DNA of 64,000 nucleotides from Alphaproteobacteria bacterium (GTDB lineage: Bacteria > Pseudomonadota > Alphaproteobacteria > SHVV01). Below, piece by piece: positions 20,118 through 30,178 of this stretch. The stretch lies in contig OZ253470.1 in the NCBI GenBank assembly GCA_965261735.1, forward strand, positions 608,001-672,000, in the 5' to 3' direction. Below the pieces are notes generated by a model that was given only the letters and a program-made list of their open reading frames with translations, was not told the origin of the DNA and did no database searches. Each line of letters starts with the position of its first letter. Positions within the stretch are counted from its first letter, which is position 1. Both the position numbers and the translations under genes were made by a program.

Positions 20118-21059
20118 GTGCTCCACCTGCCCCCGCTCGACAGCCTGCGCTTCTTCGAAGCCGCCGCCCGGCACCAGAGCTTCGTGATGGCCGGCAAGGA
20201 GCTCGGGGTCACCGCCGCCGCCGTCGCCCACCGCATCCGCACCCTGGAGAAGCATCTGGACGCCGAGCTGTTCGAGAGACGGCGCCGGAGCGTGCGCCTC
20301 AACGCCAAGGGCCGGGCCTATCTCAAGGAAGTGCAGCGCATCCTGGCCGAGGTCCACGGCGTCTCCGAGCAACAGCGCTCGACCCCCCGGCGCGTGCGCA
20401 TCGTCTCGGTCGAAGCGGTGGCCGAGAAGTGGCTGCTGCCGCGGCTCGCCTCGTTCAAGGCGGCCCATCCCGACATCGCCATCGAGCTCGAGACCAACCA
20501 CCGGAGCGTCGACCCGGCGCTGCGCGACTTCGACGCCTGGCTCGCCTATTCGGGCGAGACCTCCGCACCGCGCCCGCTGACCCGGCGCGAGGAGACGCTG
20601 CTGGAGGAGACCCTCTACGAGGAGGCGCTGCTGCCGGTGTGCAGCCCGGCACTGCTGGCCGCCCGCGGCCGGCCCCGCAGCCCGGCCCAGCTGCGCCACT
20701 GGCCGCTGCTTTACGATCTCGGCTGGAACGCCGACTGGTCCTACTGGTTCGCCCGCCAGGGCCAGCCCACCCCGGACCTCTCGCGGGCCTCGGGCTTCCG
20801 CCTCTACTCGATGCTGATCCAGGCGGCGGCGAGCGGGCTCGGCGCCGCCATCGGGCGCCCGATGCTGATCGCCCACGAGCTCGAACGCCGGATCCTGGTG
20901 CCGCTCTTCGAGCGCCAGCAGGAGGCGCCCGAGCGCTGCTGCCTGATCACCACCGCCGCCTCGCGGCAGCGGCCCGAGCTGCGGGCGTTCCGGAACTGGA
21001 TCCTGCAAGAGGCGCGGGCAGCACCGCCCGCCGCCCCGGGCGTTCTGCGCTACCCCTGA
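20118..21059 (+). CDS. LysR-family regulator (GcvA-like)
   Basis: LPPLDSLRFFEAAARHQSF HTH plus a full substrate-binding domain (WLLPRLASF, LLPVCSP). Confidence 0.92.
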   Translation: MLHLPPLDSLRFFEAAARHQSFVMAGKELGVTAAAVAHRIRTLEKHLDAELFERRRRSVRLNAKGRAYLKEVQRILAEVHGVSEQQRSTPRRVRIVSVEAVAEKWLLPRLASFKAAHPDIAIELETNHRSVDPALRDFDAWLAYSGETSAPRPLTRREETLLEETLYEEALLPVCSPALLAARGRPRSPAQLRHWPLLYDLGWNADWSYWFARQGQPTPDLSRASGFRLYSMLIQAAASGLGAAIGRPMLIAHELERRILVPLFERQQEAPERCCLITTAASRQRPELRAFRNWILQEARAAPPAAPGVLRYP

Positions 21060-21083
21060 CCCGGCGCCGGGCGCCGCGTCCCC

Positions 21084-22133
21084 TCAGCGCGCGGGTCCGT
21101 CCGGCGCTTCCGAGAGCCAGGACCCGAGGCTGTCGGCATAGGCGAAGAGCGCCGGCTGGCCGCCGGTGTGGACGAACAGCACCCGGCTGCCCGGAGCGAT
21201 CCGCCCCGAGCGCACATGGGCGATCAGACCCGCCATCGCCTTGCCCGTGTAGACCGGGTCCAGCAGCAGCCCCTCGTGCCGCGCCGCCATCTCCATCGCC
21301 TCGCGCACCGCCTCGTTGAGCCGCCCGTAGCCCGGCGCCAGCACCGCGTCGGAGACGTCGACGCCGCCCGCGTCGAACGTGTCCGGGCGCTCGATCATCG
21401 CGGCCAGCGCCGCCGCCACCCGCGCCACCCTGGCGCCCTGGCGGTCCGCATCGCGGCGCACGCAGATGCCGAGGACCGGCACTTGCTCGCCGAGCGCCCG
21501 CAGGCCCACCAGCATCCCGGCATGGGTGAGCGCGCTCCCCGAGGCGCAGACCGCGGCGTCGAAGCGCATGCCGGGTGTCTGCTCCACGATCTCTTCGGCG
21601 GCAAGCACGTAGCCAAGCCCGCCGAGCGGCGGATGGCCGGGGGCGGAGTGGATGACGTAGGGCCTGCGGCCCTCGGCTGCCAGCATCTCCGCGCGCCGCT
21701 CCATTGCCGCATCCGCCGCCGCCTCGTCCTCGCCCTCCGGGAACGGGTGCAGGGTTGCGCCCAGCACCCGGTCGAGCAACAGGTTGCCGGAGGTGCGGTA
21801 GAGCGCGCCCATGCCGTCCACCCGATCTTCGAGCTGGATGTGGACTGCCATCCCGAGTTTGCGCGCGGCCGCGGCGGCGATGCGCACCAGGTTCGACTGC
21901 ACCGCGCCGGTGACCAGCACCGTGTCGGCGCCCCTGGCGCGGGCCTCGCCGAAGTGGAACTCGAGCTGGCGCACCTTGTTGCCGCCGAAGGCGAGCCCGG
22001 TGCAGTCCTCGCGCTTGATCCGGAGATCGATGCCGAGCGCCGCGCCGAGATTCGGGGCGGGATCGAGCGGCGTCGGCGCATGGCCGAGCCGGACCCGCGG
22101 GAAGCGGGCTATGCCGGCAAGGGGGCTGGGCAT
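21084..22133 (-). CDS. D-cysteine desulfhydrase / ACC deaminase family PLP enzyme
   Basis: KREDCTGLAFGGNKVRQLEF, GAVQSN, LLDPVYTGKAMAG, FVHTGG. Confidence 0.9.
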   Translation of the reverse strand: MPSPLAGIARFPRVRLGHAPTPLDPAPNLGAALGIDLRIKREDCTGLAFGGNKVRQLEFHFGEARARGADTVLVTGAVQSNLVRIAAAAARKLGMAVHIQLEDRVDGMGALYRTSGNLLLDRVLGATLHPFPEGEDEAAADAAMERRAEMLAAEGRRPYVIHSAPGHPPLGGLGYVLAAEEIVEQTPGMRFDAAVCASGSALTHAGMLVGLRALGEQVPVLGICVRRDADRQGARVARVAAALAAMIERPDTFDAGGVDVSDAVLAPGYGRLNEAVREAMEMAARHEGLLLDPVYTGKAMAGLIAHVRSGRIAPGSRVLFVHTGGQPALFAYADSLGSWLSEAPDGPAR

Positions 22134-22309
22134 GACGGGGGTGGGCCTGGCTGATCTGGTTTGTCGATCGGGTCGAGTGTCTCTCGCTGCGCCGGGAGGG
22201 GTGCCGTCCAATGCCAGGGATTGCAAGCGGATTTTACCCTCGGCCGCGACAGCACGTTGTCGGTCCCCGGTATTGCCGGCACCGGTGGTCCCCCGATCGG
22301 CGCCGCCCC

Positions 22310-23611
22310 TCAGGCGGCGCGGGTCGGCCGCCCCCGAAACTGCGCCGGGAACGCGAGAACCGATCTCGCCGCCCCGCTGTCCGCCGCCCCGCCGCGGACG
22401 TCCTCCGGCGCCGTGCCCGGCCGCCCCGGATACCCCGTCAGGATATCGGCCGCGAGGCTCTCCGAGATGCGTATCGCACCCTCCCGGACCCAGTCCCGGT
22501 CGAGATGCGCATAGCGCTCCGTCGTCTGCTCCTCCGAATGTCCGAGCAGGCGCCCGATCATCGGCAGGTTCTCGCCAAGCGCCAGCGCACGGGACGCAAA
22601 ACTGTGGCGGCAGTCATGGATGCGCGCGTCCTCGATCCCGGCAAGCTCGCAGACCACCCCCCACGCCTCGTCGATATTGCGCATCGGCCGTCCCTCGACC
22701 ATGCCCGGAATCACCCATGGACTGTCCGGCAGACGCGGGATGCTCTCCAGCACCCTTACCGCTCGCGGGGAAAGCGAGACCGTCCGCGGGCCCGTCTTGG
22801 TCTCCGGCAGCCGCAACTCGGCCGCCTCGAGATCCACCTGCTCCCAGCGCAGGTGCAGGATCTCGCGCTTCCGGCATCCAGTCAGGATCAGCAACCGGAT
22901 CGCCGCCACCGAGTAGGGCGACACGCGCCTGCAACCCGTCACTTCCCTCAGCGCCCGCCCGAGGCGCTGGAACTCGTCCGGCGTCAGGAACCGCTCGCGC
23001 TTGCGCTCGCGGTTCTTGACCACCAGTCCGCACGGATTGCTCGCCTCCGGGATCAGCCCCTTGTCCTCGGCCGCGTTGTAGATCCGCGACAGGGTCTCGA
23101 CCACCTTGTTCGCCATCACCGGCTTGTCCCGCAGCGCATGATGCAGTTCCGTCACCCGGGCATGGTCGACCGCCAGCGCCGGCAGCTTGCCGAGCCTCGG
23201 GATGAGATACTTGTCGACCACCGTGCGGTAGAGCCCGGCGGTCGCCGGCCGGCAGCGCACCGCGACGTGGTCCTCGAGATAGCGCCGGGCGATGTCCGCC
23301 ACCGTCGGCCCTTTCGCGAGCGTCGCCGACAGGGGCTCCGGCACCGGCTCCTCGCCCGCTTTGATCCGAGAGACGATGAGCGCCGCGCGCCGCCGCGCCT
23401 CCTCGGGCGAGATCACCCCGTGCGGCGCGACCGTCACCCGCTGCGCCGCCTTGCCCTTCGCGCGGGCCTGCGCGATGTAGACCTTGCGCCCCGACGGATA
23501 CACCCGCACCCCGAACCCGGGGAGCTCCCGGTCCCAGAACACCGTGTCCTTCTCGACCTTCAGCGCCTCCACCGTGCGCCGCGAGATCGTCTTCGTCCTG
23601 AACCTCGCCAT
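22310..23611 (-). CDS. Tyrosine recombinase/integrase 1 with arm-binding N-terminus
   Basis: FWDRELPGFGVRV, TGCRKRE, KTG, HDCRH, LGH..TTERYAH. Confidence 0.93.
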   Translation of the reverse strand: MARFRTKTISRRTVEALKVEKDTVFWDRELPGFGVRVYPSGRKVYIAQARAKGKAAQRVTVAPHGVISPEEARRRAALIVSRIKAGEEPVPEPLSATLAKGPTVADIARRYLEDHVAVRCRPATAGLYRTVVDKYLIPRLGKLPALAVDHARVTELHHALRDKPVMANKVVETLSRIYNAAEDKGLIPEASNPCGLVVKNRERKRERFLTPDEFQRLGRALREVTGCRRVSPYSVAAIRLLILTGCRKREILHLRWEQVDLEAAELRLPETKTGPRTVSLSPRAVRVLESIPRLPDSPWVIPGMVEGRPMRNIDEAWGVVCELAGIEDARIHDCRHSFASRALALGENLPMIGRLLGHSEEQTTERYAHLDRDWVREGAIRISESLAADILTGYPGRPGTAPEDVRGGAADSGAARSVLAFPAQFRGRPTRAA

Positions 23612-23624
23612 TCCCGAATCGCTC

Positions 23625-24815
23625 CTATGCCGCCTCGCCCTCGTCCCATGCGAAGATGTCGTCACCGATGCTGTCGCCCACCTTCGCCGCCGACGCCCTC
23701 TCGCCGTCCCGCGCGAGGTGTGCATACCGCGCGGTCGTCGAGAACTTCCTGTGCCCGAGGACCTCGCTGATCAGCGGGATTGCTTCGCCGATCGCCAGCG
23801 CGCGGGACGCATACGAATGTCTGCAATCGTGAATCCGCACATCGTCGAGACCCGCCCGCTTTCGCAGCCGCAGCCAGATGGCGTCGAGGTTCTTGAGATG
23901 GTCTCCGGGATTCTTGCCGGCGATGACCCAGGGGTTGCCCTCGATGCGCGGTATGCGCTCCAGCAGCCATTCCATCGCCGGCGTCAATATCACCCGCCGC
24001 GCGCCGGTCTTCCCGTCCCGGAGCAGCAGCTCGCCCGCGGTGCGGTCGATGTCGTCCCACCAGAGCGTGACGACCTCGTTCTTGCGGCAGCCGGTCAGGA
24101 TCAGCAGGCGAATCGCCGGGATCGCCGTCGGGAACACCGACCCGTCGGCTTCCGCCTCGTCCAGCACGCGAGCCAGCCGCCGGTACTCGTCCGCGGAGAG
24201 GAACCGCTCGCGCCGATACTCCTTATATCTGCGAATCGAGAGCGCCGGATTGCGCCTGGGCGGCGTCATCCCCCACGCCGCCGCGAGCTTGAACATCTTC
24301 GCCAGCACGTCCCGCGTCTGGTTCGCCTGGTAGGGCTTGTCGCGCATCTTGTGATGCAGCGCCGCGACGTGGCCCCGCTCGACCGCCGAGAGCGGCATGT
24401 GGCCGAACTCGGGCAGAATGTAGAGCCGGAGGATTCGCCCGAAGGTCTCGACCGTCCCCGGCCGGCAGTTCACCTCCAGATGCGCCTCGACATAGCGCTC
24501 CGCCAGGTCGGCCACCGTCGGCTCGGGCGCGGGCGGCTCCGGAAACGCCTCCTCGCCCTTCTTCAGGCGGTCGATGACCTCCGCGGCCACACGCCGTGCA
24601 TCCTCGACGGTGATATCGACCTTCCGGCCGATCGCCGCGCGCTTCAGCGCGCCGCCCGGCGCCCGCGCGTGAACCACATAGACCTTGCGCCCGCTGGCAT
24701 GGACCCGCACACCGAACCCGGTGAGGTCGCGGTCGTAGAACACCCGGTCGCCCCGTTCGACCGCGAGCGCCTCGACCACGCGCCTGCTCAGCTTGAGAGT
24801 GCTCTTTCGAGGCAT
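23625..24815 (-). CDS. Tyrosine recombinase/integrase 2 with arm-binding N-terminus
   Basis: FYDRDLTGFGVRV, TGCRKNE, KTG, HDCRH, LGH..TTARYAH. Confidence 0.93.
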   Translation of the reverse strand: MPRKSTLKLSRRVVEALAVERGDRVFYDRDLTGFGVRVHASGRKVYVVHARAPGGALKRAAIGRKVDITVEDARRVAAEVIDRLKKGEEAFPEPPAPEPTVADLAERYVEAHLEVNCRPGTVETFGRILRLYILPEFGHMPLSAVERGHVAALHHKMRDKPYQANQTRDVLAKMFKLAAAWGMTPPRRNPALSIRRYKEYRRERFLSADEYRRLARVLDEAEADGSVFPTAIPAIRLLILTGCRKNEVVTLWWDDIDRTAGELLLRDGKTGARRVILTPAMEWLLERIPRIEGNPWVIAGKNPGDHLKNLDAIWLRLRKRAGLDDVRIHDCRHSYASRALAIGEAIPLISEVLGHRKFSTTARYAHLARDGERASAAKVGDSIGDDIFAWDEGEAA

Positions 24816-25068
24816 GCGCCGCTCTCCCATCCCCCCGTGACCGAACGGACCGCCGCCCGGGTTTTCCGTCCCGCCCGTCCGGGCGCTGGGAATTCCGTGA
24901 ACACCCAGATACCAAACGGTGTGCAATGCCAGTGTATGAGAGTCCATCCGTGACGCAAATGCAAGCCCTAAGTAGGCTTTCTCAACCTCCGTAACCTATT
25001 GTGAATGATAGTATTAGACTACCCGATGTAGCACGGAAGCATCCGAACCTATCACCCTTTCAGAGTGC

Positions 25069-25260
25069 CATGATCTACGCCACTCGTTCGCTTCCCGCGC
25101 GCTGGCGCTCGGCGAGGGCTTGCCGATGATCGGCAAATTGCTCGGACACACGCAGGTCCAGACGACCGCTCGGTACGCCCATCTTGCCCGTGACACCGTC
25201 AAGGCATCCGCCGCGCGCATCGGAGACAGCATCGACCGAGATCTCGATGCCGCGGAATAG
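25069..25260 (+). pseudogene. C-terminal fragment of a third tyrosine recombinase
   Basis: Hand translation HDLRHSFASRALALGEGLPMIGKLLGHTQVQTTARYAHLARD...*; no integrase-like sequence upstream. Confidence 0.88.
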
Positions 25261-25724
25261 CGCAGCATCCGAGACCCCACAGATCGGAATGGCCTTTATC
25301 CACCGACCCGAAAATCCAAGAAACCCGCCGGCGTCAAAATCGGAATATCGTTAAACGGAGACATCTCCAGGAGGTCCCGATCGCCCGTAACCAGACAATC
25401 CGCTTCTCCCATCAGCGCCGTCTCGAGCAGCTTGTCATCATCCGGATCGCGACATCCGAGCTTCGCGCCAGCGATCGAAACCCATTCCGAGACCGCTTCG
25501 AGTTGAGCCAGATAAACCGCTCTGACTTCCCGGCCAACGTATCGGTCGAACTTCGGGCGATGGAAACGGCTTCGAAGCTCCTCGAACGTCTCGTCGGAAA
25601 ACAGCAGCACACCGTTCGCCGACCGCACCGCATCCACAACCGATGGGGTGGACGCCCCTCCCGACGGCATCGCGATGTGCCAGGTTGGCGGTGTTGTTAA
25701 CGCCAAGCGAGGAAGGGGGCGTCC

Positions 25725-26747
25725 ATGGAACAGGTTCACATGATCGGGATCGATCTGGCGAAGAACAGCTTTCAGCTGCACGGTGCGCGGGCGGATGGGT
25801 CGGTTGCGTTCCGCAAGAAGCTGAGCCGGGCGAAGCTGTTGGACTTTGTGGCTGCGCAGCCACGCTGCACGGTGGCGATGGAGGCGTGCGGCGGCGCGCA
25901 CCATTGGGGCCGGGAGATCGGCAGTCTCGGCCATGCGGTGCGACTGGTCCCACCGATCTACGTCAAAGCGTACGTCAAGCGGCAAAAGAACGACGCGTCG
26001 GATGCGGAGGCGATCTGCGAGGCGTCGTCGCGGCCGACCATGCGCTTTGTGGCTGTGAAGACGGAGGAACAGCAGGCTCGGGGCATGCTGTTCCGGACGC
26101 GCGATCTTCTGGTGCGCCAGCGCACCCAGACGATTAATGCGCTGCGCGGCCATCTAGCGGAGTTCGGTGTCATTGCCCCGCAGGGGCCGGCTCATGTCGG
26201 CCGGCTGGCCTCGGCGCTTGGGGGACCGGCTTCGAGGTTGCCGGAAGCGGTCCGCGAGCTGGCCGGCCTTCTGCTTGAGCAGATCGCCGGCCTCGATGCG
26301 AAGATTGCGGGCCTGGAGAGGGAGGTCCACGTGAGAGCACGGCAGGATGAGGAGGCGAGGCGCCTGATGAGCGTGCCGGGGATCGGGCCGATCAGCGCGA
26401 TGGCAATCCAGGCCTTCGCACCGCCGATGGAGAGTTTCCGGCGCGGCCGCGACTTCTCCGCTTGGCTCGGCCTCGTGCCGCGCCAGCACACGACCGGCGG
26501 CAAGCCGAAGCTGGGCAAGATATCGAAGATGGGCCAGCGCGATCTGAGACGGCTGCTGATCACAGGCGCGATGACTGTGGTCCGCTGGGCGGTTCGGCGC
26601 GGCGTGACGACGGACCCCTGGCTGGCCGGGATGCTGGCGCGCAAGCCGAGGATGCTCGTCGCGGTGGCGCTGGCCAACAGGATGGCGCGCATCGTCTGGG
26701 TGCTACTGACGAAGAAGAAGAGCTACCGGGCTCCCGCCACCGCCTGA
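25725..26747 (+). CDS. IS110 recombinase (DEDD)
   Basis: IGIDLAK, MEAC, KNDASDAEAI, WLGLVPRQHTTGGK, VAVALANR. Confidence 0.95.
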   Translation: MEQVHMIGIDLAKNSFQLHGARADGSVAFRKKLSRAKLLDFVAAQPRCTVAMEACGGAHHWGREIGSLGHAVRLVPPIYVKAYVKRQKNDASDAEAICEASSRPTMRFVAVKTEEQQARGMLFRTRDLLVRQRTQTINALRGHLAEFGVIAPQGPAHVGRLASALGGPASRLPEAVRELAGLLLEQIAGLDAKIAGLEREVHVRARQDEEARRLMSVPGIGPISAMAIQAFAPPMESFRRGRDFSAWLGLVPRQHTTGGKPKLGKISKMGQRDLRRLLITGAMTVVRWAVRRGVTTDPWLAGMLARKPRMLVAVALANRMARIVWVLLTKKKSYRAPATA

Positions 26748-27014
26748 GAGAACGGCGAAGTGCGGGAAGCCGTCGGGGATGTGGGCAGGACGGAGGACAG
26801 GTAAGGGCAAAGGTCAACGAGACCGGGTTGGGAAAACCAGCATCCGAACGGAGAGCTTTCAAGCTCGCGTAACCGATTTGGACCCAATCCGCGTATCTCC
26901 ATACGGGCCCGCGGCGTGTCATCTGCCGCATAGAGAGGCCGGACACACGACAGCACCTGACCGCATGCACCGAGCCGACCAAAAACTGCTTGCATCAACG
27001 GGGGCGTCCACACA
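26748..27014 (+). ncRNA. Putative bridge/seekRNA region of IS110 copy 1
   Basis: Segments matching target (CCGAACGG 26844-26851; GTAACCG 26869-26875) and donor junction (CTCCAT 26897-26902; ACACACGA 26943-26950) flank two hairpins. Confidence 0.75.
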
Positions 27015-27081
27015 CGTTCGGGGCGGCCCGTCCAGGCGAAACACCGCGCTGATCAGGACATTGGTGTCAAGAACAACGCGC

Positions 27082-27333
27082 TCAGCTTTCATCCGCCAGA
27101 AGCGTCTCCAGCCCAGCCGCCGTCAAGCCGTTCGCAGAGGCTTCCTCACCCAAGGCGTCCATCGTCATTGTCAGACGCTCCCAGGCGGCGCCGCGAAGCC
27201 GCTCATAGTGTTGCATCGACATCATCACGCCGACCGCCCTGCCATTCTTGGTCACGTGCACGGGCGCGCTCTGCGCTGCATCGAGCAAGTAGCCGAAGCG
27301 GTTCTTGGCGTCCCTGGCGGCAATCTTTCTCAT
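27082..27333 (-). CDS. Phd/YefM antitoxin
   Basis: MRKIAARDAKNRFGYLLDAAQSAPVHVTKNGRAVGVMMS; overlaps the toxin start. Confidence 0.9.
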   Translation of the reverse strand: MRKIAARDAKNRFGYLLDAAQSAPVHVTKNGRAVGVMMSMQHYERLRGAAWERLTMTMDALGEEASANGLTAAGLETLLADES

Positions 27334-27336
27334 AAG

Positions 27337-27369
27337 AGCCATAATAGCTAACATGGCTTCATTTTACAA
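27337..27369 (-). promoter_or_regulatory. TA promoter with palindromic operator
   Basis: Minus strand TTGTAA-N17-TATTAT ending 7 nt before the ATG (leaderless-like); palindrome AGCCAT-N10-ATGGCT at 27337-27358. Confidence 0.65.
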
Positions 27370-27469
27370 TTGCACCTACATCCCAGCTTCGCGCCGGATA
27401 TCCTCGGTAGCAACGTTGTCAGAGTAAATCGGCCTGAAACACATGGCGAGGTCTCTTAGCCTTCAAGAA

Positions 27470-27600
27470 AGCATTATCAAGTAAACTGATTGTGGGCGGT
27501 TTTCGGCATTTCTCCATGAGGCTAAGCCATTGAAATTGCATAGAGCAGCCATCGAAAATCACCGAGATTTCGGAGTGAACCCGGTTAACTTGACAAAGCC
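27470..27600 (+). repeat. 131-bp MITE-like element, copy 1
   Basis: ~20-bp terminal IRs; diverged inverted copy at 42452-42582. Confidence 0.8.
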
Positions 27601-27610
27601 GTATTTCTAT

Positions 27611-28027
27611 TTAGCCCTCGCCGCCTCCACCGCCTCCGAAGCCGCCAGCCGCGTCGCTGCCGATCCCGTCGTAGCTGCCGCCCACGCCCCCGCCATGCGC
27701 GATCAGCGCGTAATCGCTCGCCGCGGCCCCTAGGACAAAGCCGCTCAACAGGGTCATGTCGGCGGCGTGCACCATGCGGCGCTGGCGCAAGATTCGTTCG
27801 GCGCGTTCGACCTCTTTCGGATCGTCGGACAGTTTCGCCGCTTCCGCCGCCGCCAACTCATGGAGCAACCGCTGGTACTTTCGCCATAGCCGATGAATGC
27901 GCCAGCCAGTGAAGACAATGACAGCCGCAATAGCCAGCCCGAGCGCCAACTGACCGGCGTCGAGCCGCACGATAAAAAACCAAGCCAGAATTGTTAACAC
28001 TGCCCCATCGATCAAACGACGTAGCAT
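27611..28027 (-). CDS. Hypothetical membrane protein with Gly-rich tail
   Basis: Two N-terminal TM helices; GAGGAGG RBS. Confidence 0.55.
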   Translation of the reverse strand: MLRRLIDGAVLTILAWFFIVRLDAGQLALGLAIAAVIVFTGWRIHRLWRKYQRLLHELAAAEAAKLSDDPKEVERAERILRQRRMVHAADMTLLSGFVLGAAASDYALIAHGGGVGGSYDGIGSDAAGGFGGGGGGEG

Positions 28028-28145
28028 GCATCCCTCCTCGCGTTGGTTGCTCTATCCAACATTTTCCAGACAGCCTCCAATTTGCAGCCAATCGTAGGTA
28101 AATCCTGCCACCGATGGAAAAGTTTTTCCCTTCGGCCCTCCGGCA

Positions 28146-28340
28146 GTGGTGTTAACCGATCTTGTCCAGGCGCACGTGTGGCTGAGCCTCGCCGCGGAAC
28201 GGGCCAGCAACGATACGAAACCGCTCGCCAAGCAGGCGATCGATGGCATCGAGCCGCTGTTGACGCCCGAGCAGCTCGACCAGGCGCGCCGCCGCGCGAG
28301 CCCCAATCCGTGGTTGAAGGTGCCGAGCTCTGGGGACTGA
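28146..28340 (+). pseudogene. Sel1-repeat protein C-terminal fragment
   Basis: DLVQAHVWLSLAA...LTPEQLDQARRRA. Confidence 0.5.
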
Positions 28341-28387
28341 AGCACTTCGACGGCAGGCGTCGTCCGCCGCGTGTTCGCCCGGCGCTC

Positions 28388-29223
28388 CTACTCCAGCCGC
28401 TCGCGTTCCAGAATCCGCCACCTCGAGAGCCTGGTCTCGGCGAACTGCACGAGCTGCGTCATCAACACGCCGACGAGGCCGATCACGAGAATCGGCACGA
28501 ACAGCTTGGCGGTAGCGAAGACGTTCGCGTACTTGATAATCAGGCCGCCGAGCCCGGTGATGGCGGTGAAGAACTCGGCCACGACCATGCCAATAATGGC
28601 AAGGCCGACCGACAGCCGGACTCCGGCCATGATGAAAGGCACCGCCGCCGGTAGCGTGATCTTGAAGAAGATCTCTCGTTCGGAGGCGCCGAAGGCCTTG
28701 CCGATCTCTAGGAAGGATCCGCGGACGTCTTTAATGCCGGCGTAGGTATTGATCATAACCGGGAAGATGGCGATCGAGACGAGGATCGTTACTTTTCCCG
28801 TCGTCTCCAGCCCCGCCCACAGGATCACAAGCGGAACGAGAGCGATACGCGGGATGGCATACAGCGCATTGATGAACGGATCGAGCGTGTACTCGAAAAA
28901 CCACCATTGACCGATCATCACGCCGATGATGATGCCGCCGACGATAGAGATGAACATGCCGAGGAAGAACGGAAACATGCTGGCGGCGAAGCCCTCGACG
29001 AGGTCGCCGTTGAGCAGAATCTCCCAAAACGCCGCGAAAATGGCGCTGGGGGGGGCCATGAACAGCGGGTTCGCCTGCCGGCCCGCGTACTCCCAGAAGA
29101 TGAAGAAGATGGCGACCGAGACCGTTCGGATCAGATTCGGCCTATCGCGCAAGTAAGCGATGATAGCTGAGGCCGTGCTCCGCCCTTGTTTGGCGGGGGT
29201 GACGAGCTTGGTCGTCTCGAGGC

Positions 29224-29227
<4 letters not shown>
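28388..29227 (-). CDS. ABC transporter permease (NitT/TauT family)
   Basis: Multiple TMs, GKAFGASEREIFFKITLPAAVP loop, GMVVAEF. Confidence 0.92.
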
Positions 29228-30057
<830 letters not shown>

Positions 30058-30133
30058 CGCTTCCCGCCGTTCAGGGCTGTACTGGCAATAGGATCGGGCA
30101 AACGCCCGAGTCCCCCCTTTTGACCCGGCTGCG

Positions 30134-30178
30134 TTACTGCAGCGTCTTCATGTGGCTCCATATATCATCGTACATGAG
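30134..30178 (-). pseudogene. C-terminal tip of a second heme-oxygenase-like oxidase
   Basis: LMYDDIWSHMKTLQ* matches LMYDDMYRLVKAIQ* of the gene at 33159-33857. Confidence 0.65.

Larger units (their letters stand above)
25641..27016 (+). mobile_element. IS110 family (IS1111-type) element, copy 1
   Basis: Sub-terminal IRs GTGGACGCCCC/GGGGCGTCCAC, CG core at both ends, no TSD, long 3' non-coding end. Confidence 0.93.
25296..27092 (-). pseudogene. PIN-domain toxin interrupted by IS110
   Basis: N-part MKAERVVLDTNVLISAVFRLDGPPRT (27092-27015) joins in frame to VVDAVR...CRDPDDDKLLE...LVTGDRDLL (25640-25296). Confidence 0.9.

Noticed and set aside
27470-27600. Integron attC site
   Set aside because: No clear RYYYAAC...GTTRRRY pair with internal palindrome, and no IntI-type integrase recognised
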